A DNA stretch of 64,000 bases. Origin: Candidatus Thorarchaeota archaeon. GTDB lineage: Archaea > Asgardarchaeota > Thorarchaeia > Thorarchaeales > Thorarchaeaceae. The position numbers and the translations under genes were made by a program. Location of the stretch: assembly GCA_020348985.1 (NCBI GenBank), contig CP070761.1, positions 1,521,249 through 1,585,248 of the forward strand, written 5' to 3'. The number at the start of each line of letters is the position of its first letter. Within the stretch, counting starts at the first letter, position 1. Shown piece by piece: positions 19,906 through 30,022 of the stretch. Below the pieces are notes generated by a model. It searched no databases. It worked only from the letters and a program-made list of their open reading frames with translations, and was not told where the DNA came from.

Positions 19906-20769
19906 ATGAGTGATAATGTCAAGATTGGAGTAATCAAATTAGGTTGCCTCGGAATCGCTGCACTTCTCGACGCGATCTTTGATGAGAGAGCAGATAGAGA
20001 AGATCTGGATATCAGAGGTTTTACTAGTGGAGCGAAGCTCGATCCAGATTCTTGTGAGGATACTGTCAAGAGAGCAATTGAGTACAAGCCGAATCTGATG
20101 CTCGTAGTTAGCCCCAACGCGAAGCTGCCAGGTCCGACCAAGGCAAGGGAAATGCTCTTCGAGACGAAGATTCCCACGATTTCGATTTCTGACGCACCTG
20201 GGAAGAAGGCATTCAAGAAGAAGAACGAGGAAGGGAAGAAGGTAGACAACGTCTTAGAAGGACAGGGCTACATTGTGATCCCTGCAGACTCCATGATCGG
20301 AGCCCGCCGTGAATTCCTCGACCCCACTGAGATGATCACTTTCAACACCGACGTCATGAAGGTTCTATCTAACACAGGCTATGTCCGTGTAGTACAGAAG
20401 ACGGTCGGAAAGGTCATCGACGCCATCAAGGCTGGCAAGACACCTGAAATGCCAATGTCATCAGTCTCAGCAAAGAAGGCGGTCGAAAAGGGAGGCTTCA
20501 GCAATCCATACGCACGAGCGAAGGCCTTTGCTGCCATAACAATAGCAGAATCAGTAGCTGATATCACAACGGAAGGATGCTTCATTGAACAGGATAAAGA
20601 CAAGTACATCCCTCTAGTTGCAGCGGGTCACGAATTGATGCGAGTTGCAGCACGCCTTTCTGATGAAGCCCGCGAGATCGAAAAGGGCTCTGACACTGTT
20701 CTGCGGACTCCACATTCGAAAAAAGGGGAGCGCAAGAAGAAGAGACAGCTTCTTGGTGACTTTGAATAG
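19906..20769 (+). CDS. mtd: F420-dependent methylene-H4MPT dehydrogenase
   Basis: KIGVIKLG, DERADREDL, SPNAKLPGP, DSMIGARREFLDPTEM, FSNPYARAKA, VAAGHE. Confidence 0.95.
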   Translation: MSDNVKIGVIKLGCLGIAALLDAIFDERADREDLDIRGFTSGAKLDPDSCEDTVKRAIEYKPNLMLVVSPNAKLPGPTKAREMLFETKIPTISISDAPGKKAFKKKNEEGKKVDNVLEGQGYIVIPADSMIGARREFLDPTEMITFNTDVMKVLSNTGYVRVVQKTVGKVIDAIKAGKTPEMPMSSVSAKKAVEKGGFSNPYARAKAFAAITIAESVADITTEGCFIEQDKDKYIPLVAAGHELMRVAARLSDEAREIEKGSDTVLRTPHSKKGERKKKRQLLGDFE

Positions 20770-20775
20770 TTCAGT

Positions 20776-20797
20776 ACCCGAGCAGAGATGCTCGGGT
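20776..20797. terminator. Stem-loop between convergent genes
   Basis: ACCCGAGCA-GAGA-TGCTCGGGT perfect 9-bp stem just after the mtd stop, followed by a T-rich tract. Confidence 0.6.
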
Positions 20798-20824
20798 CAA
20801 CTTCTTTATTCCTAGGCGTCTCGC

Positions 20825-22402
20825 TTACGATGCGTCCTTCTCTTTGATTGTCTTCTTGACTGCTTGGCGGGCTGCATCAATTACTTTCTCAGCTCTTGTT
20901 TCGCTAAGACCTTCGACTTTGGATGCAAGTCGACTTGGTGTCTCTCCGGCTATCTGAGCCGCCGAGGTATAACCCGCAGATGTGAGTCTACTCTCGAGAC
21001 TAGAGCCCACTCCAGGAATCCTCTGCAACGGTAACACTTCCGCAAAGCCTTCACCTAAGATGTCCGACATCTCGGAATCTGACAGCTCTGCGCCCGCGTC
21101 GATAATCTCAACTTGGCTCCGGACTGCATCAAAGTCTTCCTGTCCGAGGAAAGCGTCTACTGTTCTTCGGACTTCTTTCTCATCGAAGGCGATATCCAGA
21201 TCCTCCATCTCTAGTTCCTCACCTAGGACTTCTGGTAGATGACCACTCCAGTAGAGTGCAAGAAGAGTGAGCAAGACTGCCACCTCACTTCCATATTGCG
21301 TCACTAGAAAGGGGATGCCCCAGCCCCAAGCTTGGAGATCTACTGCCCAATACAGACACATGTAACCGAGGAAGAAGAACCACACTGACGTCAGTCTTCT
21401 TCCTTTAGTCAGCGGAGAACCAAACTCTGACCAAATCAACATCAGACACAGACCTAGTAGGTATCCCTCAATACCTCGCAGAATTACAAGAAGAAGATCC
21501 GCCTCCAGTTCGACCGTCCCACCAGTGATGACGTAAAATGTTGAACCGAAAATCGTCAGTAGTCCCATCATTAGAATTGCTGCGCTGAATGCGGTCTTCC
21601 TACCTTTGAAGTCAGCCAGGAAACCGGCAAGGATGACCCCAATTGCTAAGGCTAGGGGTTGAAAATAACCTGCCCACATCGACGAAGCTACTAGCGATAC
21701 GAATTCCCCATCAACCACGCGTATCGTGGATTCAGTTGAAAATGTCCAAAGCATGTGAGCCGCCATGATGCAGACCATAGGCAGGAAGTAACTACCAGAG
21801 TGACCTTTGCCAGCTAGGGAGACTTGTGTGAGATTCCATGGTCTCAACGCGCCTATGATAATCACCGCCACCATCAAGCTGACCTCCAGTAATGGGAATC
21901 CCATAATTGCCAAGCCCCCGATTGTGGACTCAAAGAGAATCAAGAACCAACTGGTTAGAATGGAAATGGAAAGGAACAGGGCAACAACTTTCCCTCTGAA
22001 TCTGACAACGATTGTTCGATTCAGAACCACAGCAGTAACAGGAAGTATGAGTGCCAGACCAATGAATGCACCAATCACAGACATATATTCCAGATATGGA
22101 CTGAATTCATTAGGAGATCCAAGCGAGTATCTCAGAATGCCCACAATAACAGGCAGGAGGCCGCCAACGAAGGCAAACGCGAGACTCCGCTTGACTCTGT
22201 CAATCAGAAATCCCACCGGAATCAGGAGGAGGGTTGCAGCCAGCGCACCATAACCCAGAAGCGGCATGTGATCAACAATATAGGGCAGGAGCAGAACGCC
22301 CCTCGTCACCTGAGTTATGATATAGATACAGTACGCTGTTGGCAATGAGAATAGTATGAATGTCAATGCTGTTCTTGTTGGAAACTCTCGATATTCAAGC
22401 AA
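20825..22402 (-). CDS. MFS-like multi-pass membrane protein with C-terminal helix-hairpin-helix domain
   Basis: About 12 TM segments with GFLIDRVKR and GFLADFKGRK; acidic linker; LQRIPGVG...AGY...VEGLSETRA HhH pattern. Confidence 0.65.
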   Translation of the reverse strand: MLEYREFPTRTALTFILFSLPTAYCIYIITQVTRGVLLLPYIVDHMPLLGYGALAATLLLIPVGFLIDRVKRSLAFAFVGGLLPVIVGILRYSLGSPNEFSPYLEYMSVIGAFIGLALILPVTAVVLNRTIVVRFRGKVVALFLSISILTSWFLILFESTIGGLAIMGFPLLEVSLMVAVIIIGALRPWNLTQVSLAGKGHSGSYFLPMVCIMAAHMLWTFSTESTIRVVDGEFVSLVASSMWAGYFQPLALAIGVILAGFLADFKGRKTAFSAAILMMGLLTIFGSTFYVITGGTVELEADLLLVILRGIEGYLLGLCLMLIWSEFGSPLTKGRRLTSVWFFFLGYMCLYWAVDLQAWGWGIPFLVTQYGSEVAVLLTLLALYWSGHLPEVLGEELEMEDLDIAFDEKEVRRTVDAFLGQEDFDAVRSQVEIIDAGAELSDSEMSDILGEGFAEVLPLQRIPGVGSSLESRLTSAGYTSAAQIAGETPSRLASKVEGLSETRAEKVIDAARQAVKKTIKEKDAS

Positions 22403-22519
22403 TCATCTCACCCTGTCCCAATGGAATTCCGGCATCAGCGAAACAATATGGACATTTCGAATTCCAGATTTGGACTGAGAATCGGGTGCTTGTACCCGAT
22501 ACCTTAAAGTCAGTTCGTT

Positions 22520-23473
22520 TTGAGCTTCGGCGGTAGGAGAGCTGAAGAGAATTTGGCGGGCAGGCTTAGAGTTCAGGAATTCATGGTCATAACTGACGGA
22601 GGGGTCCCAATCTTCCATTACTCACCTTCGGACACTCGAAAGCTTGACGAGCTGCTATCCGGATTCCTGACGGCAATCACAAGTTTCGCATCTGAGTTTG
22701 GAGAGAAGTCAGTACAGAGCCTCTCCTTTGAGGGATCAGAGATTCTCTACGAACAGGAGCCCGGAAAAGCGATCTTCATCTTCCTGGTTGATGTTGGTGC
22801 TCAGGAGAGCATTCTTAGGATTGTGCTTTCAGACTTAAGCTCTAGATTCCTAGAGAAGCACGAGTCTGACCTATTGGCTGATGTCCAGATAGAAGAACGC
22901 TTTGAGGAATTCAGGAGTGAGGTTCGCGAAGCGTTCGAATACTACGAGGGCGTTCTCATGGTAACATCTCGCCTGAGTGCCTATGTCGTTCCACGGAAAA
23001 ACAAACTAGCTTTGGCCTTGGCTACTGACAAAGCAGGGTTTCTGGATGAATTCCATCGGGAATTCGGATACGATGGGACCAGAGTGCTTGAAGCCATTGA
23101 TGGGAAAGCATCGATAGAGAGGCTCGCAGCAGCCTTCAACATTGAAGATTCTGAAATCTCCGAAATCATAGAATACCTGGCCATCTGGGGAGTCATAGGC
23201 GTTTCTCAGCTCTGCCCCAAGATCCGCGCAGATGATGCTCGATTTGATGCGTTTCTGGACATTGTAGGTCTTCCCAACAAAGACTATCAGCTCCTTCAAC
23301 GAGCGAAGGCTTTCTGCACGGGAACAAGGTCGGTCGTCGATGCCAGCATAAGATTGAACGTAACAGCCGAGAGATTGTACGAGGTGCTTTTGAAGATGGG
23401 AGATGAAGTTGAATGGAATTTGGTAGAAGTTGCAGGTTTGCCTGACACTCTTCAAAGGCGACTAATACGATAG
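22520..23473 (+). CDS. Longin + tandem wHTH protein (NPRL2-like architecture), paralog 1
   Basis: MVITDGGVPIFH...LLSGFLTAITSFASEF longin pattern; VVP...AIDG...SIERLA...YLAIWGVI; true start may be slightly downstream. Confidence 0.7.
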   Translation: MSFGGRRAEENLAGRLRVQEFMVITDGGVPIFHYSPSDTRKLDELLSGFLTAITSFASEFGEKSVQSLSFEGSEILYEQEPGKAIFIFLVDVGAQESILRIVLSDLSSRFLEKHESDLLADVQIEERFEEFRSEVREAFEYYEGVLMVTSRLSAYVVPRKNKLALALATDKAGFLDEFHREFGYDGTRVLEAIDGKASIERLAAAFNIEDSEISEIIEYLAIWGVIGVSQLCPKIRADDARFDAFLDIVGLPNKDYQLLQRAKAFCTGTRSVVDASIRLNVTAERLYEVLLKMGDEVEWNLVEVAGLPDTLQRRLIR

Positions 23474-23706
23474 CAGAGTCACTGTAACAGTACGCTGTGT
23501 GCAAGCACTCACGACTCGCACGATTTGCAGGTTCCTCAGCCATACATGAGATAACTGCTTTGGAGAGCATCCGTAGCTTTGCTTAGATTCAGGTTTGATA
23601 TTTGCTTGCTGTCATAATCTTATATTCCTGAGAAACGATTTGTCGAAGCGAGAGATTGGCTGATATTGTTGGGGTTGACAGTTTCATGTCATGCAAATCG
23701 AGACCA

Positions 23707-25383
23707 ATGGCGCTGGAAGATGGGTTCATACAAGATGAGAAGGAGAGAAAGAGTAGACGTTGGTTTCTACGAATTGGATGCATAGCAGTCGCAAGTGCAG
23801 TCTGGCTTGCTTTGAGAACAGGACTAAGACCTGCGAGGATTGTGTATCCCTGTCAGCAGGCAGCGCTGTCAAACATACAGATGTTCAAGATGTCCGTTCT
23901 TGCTCTTCTACCAACAACAGTAAGCATGCGTTCTACAACAACCTTGATGAAGCCTGCTTTGGTTTTGACCATACTTTCAGTAGGTTCATTCTTTTTGGTA
24001 GCTGATCCCTTCATTTTCGACTCTGCTCTGCAGCAGTCAGAAGATGATTATGCGCGTGTACCTATCAGCCTAGCGCCACATATTGCGCCAACAACTGGTG
24101 CTGCGTCAGATCTCTTCTTTGTCCAAAATGCAACAGGATATGAAGGAAATCTGGATGATGCGGTCTCCGAGTTGCTTGACATAATGGCTACTCAGGGCGT
24201 GGGCTTCTTTGAAAGCATCACTACTCCAGATGGCCTAATTGGTAGTAATGATGTTGTGATCATTAAGGTGAATGGTCAGTGGGACTATCGTGGGGGCACA
24301 AACACGGATTTGGTCAAGAGCATAATCAAGACAATACTCAGCCATCCAAGTGGTTTCACTGGAGAAGTCATTATTGCAGACAATGGACAAGGCATTGGAG
24401 ATTTAGATAGGAATTGGGCTAATGCCTATCACCGCAATCAGTCTGCACAAGATGTTGTGGACTTGTTTGCTCCCGACTATGATGTCAGTTCAATACTCTG
24501 GGACAATCTACACGAATTTACAGTTGATGACTATGATGATGGAGACTACACTGATGGCTATGTACGTAGTTCTGATTGGAACGAAGAGACACAGATGTTT
24601 GTGTCCTATCCTAAGTTTAGGAGTTCAGCAACCGGCGCATACATTAGCTTCAAAGAGGGTGTGTGGAGCAACACAACTGGATTCGATTCGGATCGATTAA
24701 AGGTCATCAATGTACCAGTTCTGAAAAGCCATGAACTCTATGGGGTGACTGCTTGTGTTAAGCACTATATGGGAGTACCTCAGGGCTACATAGTTTCAAG
24801 TGTACATGAAAGCGCTCCGCATGAGCACTTCTCCGTTGCGCTGGGAGGAATGGGGACGCTGATGGTTGAGACAAGAGCCCCTGTGCTCAACATTCTGGAT
24901 ATGATTTGGGTTAATGCTCATCCGCTGGAGAGTTCATTGCAGAGAGGACCGTGGTCAGCCTATCCTGCAGCAAGATTCACTGACATCTTAGGAGCGAGTA
25001 CAGACCCCGTGGCGCTAGACTATTGGTCTGCAAAACATGTCCTCATGCCCACATCAGCGTATCTGAATTACTCGGCATTTTCGTCATTGGATCCGGATAA
25101 TGAATCAATCGTTGAGCATATCCTATATCCATACGTGCAACAGGAGGAATCTTTCCACAATTACCTGACTCGCTCAATGAGCGTCATGAATGACTCAGGT
25201 TTCCAAGTCACAATGAATCCCGATGAGATCAACGTGTTTGTGTCTACTCTGCCTGATAGACCCATTACATATACAGTCTCTGAGCCACCTAATCCGATTG
25301 ATTATCTTCCTCTAGTTCTCGTGCCAATTGCTGCGGGCGTCTTGGTGGTATTAGTAGCCATGGTTCGAAAGCAATCAAAATAG
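23707..25383 (+). CDS. DUF362-family membrane-anchored exported protein
   Basis: WLALRTG..PARIVYPCQQAA N-terminal motif, DVVIIKVN, INVPVLKSH, GVTACVKHYMG, STDPVALD, C-terminal TM. Confidence 0.7.
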   Translation: MALEDGFIQDEKERKSRRWFLRIGCIAVASAVWLALRTGLRPARIVYPCQQAALSNIQMFKMSVLALLPTTVSMRSTTTLMKPALVLTILSVGSFFLVADPFIFDSALQQSEDDYARVPISLAPHIAPTTGAASDLFFVQNATGYEGNLDDAVSELLDIMATQGVGFFESITTPDGLIGSNDVVIIKVNGQWDYRGGTNTDLVKSIIKTILSHPSGFTGEVIIADNGQGIGDLDRNWANAYHRNQSAQDVVDLFAPDYDVSSILWDNLHEFTVDDYDDGDYTDGYVRSSDWNEETQMFVSYPKFRSSATGAYISFKEGVWSNTTGFDSDRLKVINVPVLKSHELYGVTACVKHYMGVPQGYIVSSVHESAPHEHFSVALGGMGTLMVETRAPVLNILDMIWVNAHPLESSLQRGPWSAYPAARFTDILGASTDPVALDYWSAKHVLMPTSAYLNYSAFSSLDPDNESIVEHILYPYVQQEESFHNYLTRSMSVMNDSGFQVTMNPDEINVFVSTLPDRPITYTVSEPPNPIDYLPLVLVPIAAGVLVVLVAMVRKQSK

Positions 25384-25495
25384 ATCCAACAGGCAAGGGA
25401 ATAGGATTCTTCAACTAGAAACGAATCTTATACAATATGAAACGCAGCGAAGGTATAAGAGCACAAGTCTCAGTAGACCTTCTAGTTCACCGTGG

Positions 25496-26806
25496 ATGGA
25501 GACGTGTAGGTTGGTAAAAGAGATTGTCGTGATAGAGGCTGGCGGGATACCTCTTTACCACTACAGTGTTACAGGTGAAAGGCGTCTTGATGAGCTCGTT
25601 ACGGGGTATCTATCCGCTATGGGGGCATTCGCAGAGGAAGTTGGCGGAGAGACGTTCAGGGTCATCGCGTTTGAAGAGAATAAGTTCGTTTGGCTGAAAA
25701 AGGGGAACCTCTTCTTTATCGCGCTAATCTCAGAAGAGGATAGTGCAGAGATTTATCGTGTCATATTGCAGAACCTATCAGAACAGTTTGTTGGGATGTT
25801 CTACGAGGAACTTACGAAGGAATGGCAAGATATCAGAATATTCAGGTCTTTCACGGAGAACGTTGAACTTACACTGCAAAGATTTGATGGAGTACCAGGG
25901 TTAGCACGGAGATACAACACAGCGCTGCTACCCGTTGATGACATAAATGCCCTCAAGCAGACGTTGGTTAAAATTGAAGAAGACCCTGATATATATCGTG
26001 GTGCCGCAATCACCACCGACAGATTTGTCATCGTGTCTACTCTCAGAACATATGAGCTCGAAGCTATGCTTGATTTGATGGACTCCCCTGAGAAGGAGTC
26101 TGATCGTGAAGGGCCAGGGTTCCTCCTTATTCATACGAGTCTTGACCCAGCAACTTCATTCTATGTAGTGCCAATAGAGGACAAGGGCATCAGCGTCTTT
26201 GTCGCCAACCGAGGGTTGACAAATGACATGTACTTCTCGAAGGTGCGGCCATTTGTGAAGACCTTAGAAATCACTAGCCTAGATCAAATGAAGAGAGTGT
26301 TTCCAAAAAGAAGAGAGGAAGTGCTCTCATTTTATGACTACGATCTTGTAGTGCCTCTAAGTCCAATAGAAGAGATTCTTGATGGAGCTAGAGCCAAGTT
26401 ACCAGGAATGACGGAAGATAGCTTTGGAAAAGCCCTAGAAATCATAAGGACGCTCAAGCGTGACATGACGGTCCTAGAGGTTCAGGAGGAAGTAAGGCTT
26501 CCACGGGAAACTATTGATGAGATTCTTGCGTTTCTCATAGCACGAGGCATGGTTGTCATATCGAAGATCTTCCCAGTGATGGATGACAGAGACGAACGTT
26601 TTGCCGCATATCTAGAAGTCATAGGAATCCCTAAGAAGGACTATGATATTGTCGACCTAATCTGGGAGCACTGCAACGGAAGCCTCTCAATCAAGGAAAT
26701 CTCGGAGGTCTCTAGAGCACCTGCCTTCAGAATCGTCGAAGTGCTTAGAAAACTAGGAAACCACGTCAAGTGGGAAAGAGAAAGGGTGTTGAGCCGTGTC
26801 GGGTAA
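25496..26806 (+). CDS. Longin + roadblock/profilin-like + tandem wHTH protein, paralog 2
   Basis: VVIEAGGIPLYHY...LVTGYLSAMGAFAEE; C-terminus aligns with 22520-23473 (RFAAYLEVIGIPKKDY vs RFDAFLDIVGLPNKDY). Confidence 0.7.
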   Translation: METCRLVKEIVVIEAGGIPLYHYSVTGERRLDELVTGYLSAMGAFAEEVGGETFRVIAFEENKFVWLKKGNLFFIALISEEDSAEIYRVILQNLSEQFVGMFYEELTKEWQDIRIFRSFTENVELTLQRFDGVPGLARRYNTALLPVDDINALKQTLVKIEEDPDIYRGAAITTDRFVIVSTLRTYELEAMLDLMDSPEKESDREGPGFLLIHTSLDPATSFYVVPIEDKGISVFVANRGLTNDMYFSKVRPFVKTLEITSLDQMKRVFPKRREEVLSFYDYDLVVPLSPIEEILDGARAKLPGMTEDSFGKALEIIRTLKRDMTVLEVQEEVRLPRETIDEILAFLIARGMVVISKIFPVMDDRDERFAAYLEVIGIPKKDYDIVDLIWEHCNGSLSIKEISEVSRAPAFRIVEVLRKLGNHVKWERERVLSRVG

Positions 26807-27548
26807 AATCGTCAGCATTCATAGTTTTAGAGGCGGTACTGGCAAATCAAACATAGCCGCGAATCTCGCAGCCGTTGCTGCCTTGGACGGAAAGCGTGTA
26901 GCGGTTATGGATACAGATGTTGCTAGCCCTGGAATTCACGTAATATTCGGAATGGGCAGAGAGAAAATTGACTACACTCTCAATGACTACCTTAGAGGCG
27001 AATGCGAGATAACTGATGCGTGCCATGACATGAGCGCTCGGCTAGGGATTAAGAAAGGGAAGATATTCCTGATTCCAAGCTCTATGAGTGCTACAGACAT
27101 CACTCGGATTCTGCGTGAAGGCTACGAAGTCAGCGATCTGAAGAATGGATTTACTGACGTGATAAAGGCGAAGGATCTTGACTATCTCATTATTGACACA
27201 CACCCAGGCCTAGATAGAGAGACACTGCTGTCAATGGCTACTGCAGACTATCTTTTCGTCGTTGCCAGAGTGGATCAACAGGACCTTCTTGGCACTGCCG
27301 CCACGCTTAGCGTGGCCAGGAAACTTCAGGTGCCTACAATCAAGATCGTTGTTAACAAGAAGCCAAGCATTTACGAAGACAAGAAAATCATTGCCGAGGT
27401 TGAGAGCAAATTCAAAGCCAAGGTGGCCACGATAATACCTCTGCTGCCTTTGCTGATAGAAGCTGGTAGCAGATATATCGTCACACTTAGGCACCCTGAG
27501 AGCGAGTTCACGAAAAGCATTAACGAAATTTACAGGCTCATGTTGTAG
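26796..27548 (+). CDS. MinD/ParA-family ATPase
   Basis: HSFRGGTGKS deviant Walker A, DTD..SPG, IIDTHPG, VVNK; overlaps upstream gene by 11 nt. Confidence 0.9.
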   Translation: MSGKIVSIHSFRGGTGKSNIAANLAAVAALDGKRVAVMDTDVASPGIHVIFGMGREKIDYTLNDYLRGECEITDACHDMSARLGIKKGKIFLIPSSMSATDITRILREGYEVSDLKNGFTDVIKAKDLDYLIIDTHPGLDRETLLSMATADYLFVVARVDQQDLLGTAATLSVARKLQVPTIKIVVNKKPSIYEDKKIIAEVESKFKAKVATIIPLLPLLIEAGSRYIVTLRHPESEFTKSINEIYRLML

Positions 27549-27593
27549 GAAATCACTTCCTTTCTAATACATTACACTTGAATTGGTTGAAAA

Positions 27594-28355
27594 TCAATGA
27601 GAGCTGAAACCGCCATCCACTACGAGCACCTCACCTGTCACGAAAGAGGAGTCGTCAGCTACCAGAAAGAGAACCGCCTTTGCGACTTCTTCGGGATCAC
27701 CGAATCTTCCGAGAGGATATTCTCGGAGTCGTTTTTGTCGTACTTCCTCAGAGACCCCCTGTTTTCTTAGCGTTCTCTCCAGCATGGGCGTTTCAATTGC
27801 TCCTGGACACACACAATTGACTCGAATCCCCTCGCCTGCTAGTTCGATGGCAAGCGTCTTTGTGAGCGCAATCACTCCACCTTTTGAGGCAGAGTAAGCG
27901 GGTGAGAATGAACCTATCAGTCCGGCAACAGATGCATTGTTGACAATCACGCCTCCACCTCTTGAAATCATATGAGGAATCGCATACTTGCAGCAGAGAA
28001 AAGCTGAACGAAGGTTGACCTCCATCGTTCGGTCCCATTCTTCCTCAGAGGTGTCCACTAGCTTCTTGACGACTTCAACACCCGCATTGTTGAATAGAAT
28101 GTCAATGCCCCCGTGTTGCAGTGCACTCCTTGTGAGTTCATTCACTTGCTCTTTGTCAGAGACGTCGGCTTCAATGAACTCGGCCCTACCACCAGACTGC
28201 TTGATTTCCTCAATGACTTTGCTTCCATCCGAAGCATTAAGGTCAGCCCCAATCACGATTGCTCCTTCTTTAGCGAACAAGTGAGCTGTTGCCTTTCCGA
28301 TTCCAGCTGCTACACCAGTTATCACAGCAACCTTGCCTTCAAGTCTCTTGGTCAT
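27594..28355 (-). CDS. Short-chain dehydrogenase/reductase
   Basis: TGVAAGIG, NNAG, YSASKGG, VDGG. Confidence 0.9.
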   Translation of the reverse strand: MTKRLEGKVAVITGVAAGIGKATAHLFAKEGAIVIGADLNASDGSKVIEEIKQSGGRAEFIEADVSDKEQVNELTRSALQHGGIDILFNNAGVEVVKKLVDTSEEEWDRTMEVNLRSAFLCCKYAIPHMISRGGGVIVNNASVAGLIGSFSPAYSASKGGVIALTKTLAIELAGEGIRVNCVCPGAIETPMLERTLRKQGVSEEVRQKRLREYPLGRFGDPEEVAKAVLFLVADDSSFVTGEVLVVDGGFSSH

Positions 28356-29182
28356 TACTTCCTAGCACGCTCCTTCCAGTAACTGCTGAGCTCGAATGGC
28401 GTAGCGAACCAGACTCCTTCTTTACCTTTCATGTGTCCAATGAGATCATCGAGCATCTTCGCACGTGAGGGTACACCCATCAACTGAGGGTGCATCACAA
28501 GCATGAAGTAGAGACCCTCTGTATAGATGGCGTCGAATTCATCCGACCAGATCTCCAAGACCTTTCTGTGGTTGCTTATGCCGCTTTGATATTCAAGCGG
28601 AGGGAAGTAATTGAATCCAAAGTATACCCAATCATCTAGGAGCCAACGAATAGGCAATTCTACGATTTCTTTGCTGCCAATCTTGATCACATAGGGAAGA
28701 TCATTTCCCATCATTGTCGAATCGTACGTTAGACCATTCTCAGCTAGAAGACTATGTGTGTTGGCACTCAAGTCTGCTGCTGGCGCTCTGTACCCTTTAG
28801 GCGTCTCTCCAGTTATTCCCTTAAGAATGCGTTCTCCCATTAGAAGCTCTTCTCGTTCTTCTTCCAGAGTACATCTTGCAGGGTTTCTATGAGAGTACCC
28901 GTGATTTCCTACTTCATGTCCCGCATCGTGGATTTCGCCAACGACCTCAGGATACTTCTCTGCTACTTCCCCAGGAATGAAGAAACAAGACTTCACGTCA
29001 TACTTCTCCAGTAGTTTCAGAATTCTGGGCACTGCAGAGTTTGGACCATACTCCCCCTGAGATAGGACAACTGGATTGTCGCGTTCTATCCCATGACGTC
29101 TGAGGATGTTTCGCCATGATATCTCTGCGTCCAAGTCAAAGGTAAAGCATGCCACAGCTTTCGCTCCGTTCGCCCACTCCAT
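28355..29182 (-). CDS. Polysaccharide deacetylase family (CE4, PuuE/PgdA-like) hydrolase
   Basis: TFDLD, GEYG, HEVGNHGYSH, GYRAP, DDW, MHPQ. Confidence 0.85.
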   Translation of the reverse strand: MEWANGAKAVACFTFDLDAEISWRNILRRHGIERDNPVVLSQGEYGPNSAVPRILKLLEKYDVKSCFFIPGEVAEKYPEVVGEIHDAGHEVGNHGYSHRNPARCTLEEEREELLMGERILKGITGETPKGYRAPAADLSANTHSLLAENGLTYDSTMMGNDLPYVIKIGSKEIVELPIRWLLDDWVYFGFNYFPPLEYQSGISNHRKVLEIWSDEFDAIYTEGLYFMLVMHPQLMGVPSRAKMLDDLIGHMKGKEGVWFATPFELSSYWKERARK

Positions 29183-29522
29183 CTCTTGACACCCGCTGCT
29201 GGTTGTTCTGGCTACCCCTTACTTTAGGCAACACACCTGAAATACTCTCTTCCAAGCTCGGATTTGCAGTCCTGGAAGAACGGGAAAAAGTTAGAAAGCG
29301 GGCCAGTAGATAAGGGCAAGGCAGAAGATGAGTAGAATCAGGCAAATGACAAGAACAAGTGTCAGTAATGGGTAGTCGTCTCCTTGACTCTGCCTATAGC
29401 CCAATGTAGTCGTCATCTTCACATTGCTTAATGCCAAAAAATCCTATGACTCTTTCTATTGTGAGAGCATAATACAACCACATTTCTAAGACTTCCACAG
29501 CTGCTGTATCAGTGATTGGTCA

Positions 29523-29969
29523 ATGGACATAGATGTTAGACTTGCCGACGCCCGTGACAGAGAAGCATTAGACCAGTTCTACTCAAGAGAAGGACTCGAC
29601 TTTCAGGCACTCTCTTCGCGAGGAATGAACCTTCCATTTGGAGCAAGTCGAGAGACCATGTTCATTGTCGCTGCATCCAATCACACCGTGTTGGCTGCCT
29701 TGAAACTGGACATCGGGGACTCAAAGAAACTAGGGAAGGCCGGCTTCATCCAACACTTCGAGATCGAGGACGAACTGGAAGGCACTGATTTGGGAGCAAG
29801 GATGTTAGCAAAGACGGTAGAGATTGTGGAGCAGAAGGGTGTGAGGGCGCTCGACGCAGTCGTTGATGAGAAGAGGGTAGATGTGATCCAGCTCTATTTG
29901 GATGCCGGCTTCGAGGAGAGAAGGATAGAAATCTATCTGCGTCGAGATTTCAGAGCAAAGATCTTCTGA
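29523..29969 (+). CDS. GNAT-fold acetyltransferase-like protein
   Basis: VRLA...D, GTDLGARML, LYLDAGF pattern. Confidence 0.65.
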   Translation: MDIDVRLADARDREALDQFYSREGLDFQALSSRGMNLPFGASRETMFIVAASNHTVLAALKLDIGDSKKLGKAGFIQHFEIEDELEGTDLGARMLAKTVEIVEQKGVRALDAVVDEKRVDVIQLYLDAGFEERRIEIYLRRDFRAKIF

Positions 29970-30022
29970 AGAGTCAGAATCGAGATCACATAATACCTGA
30001 AGCGTGCCCTGGACTGCAATTC

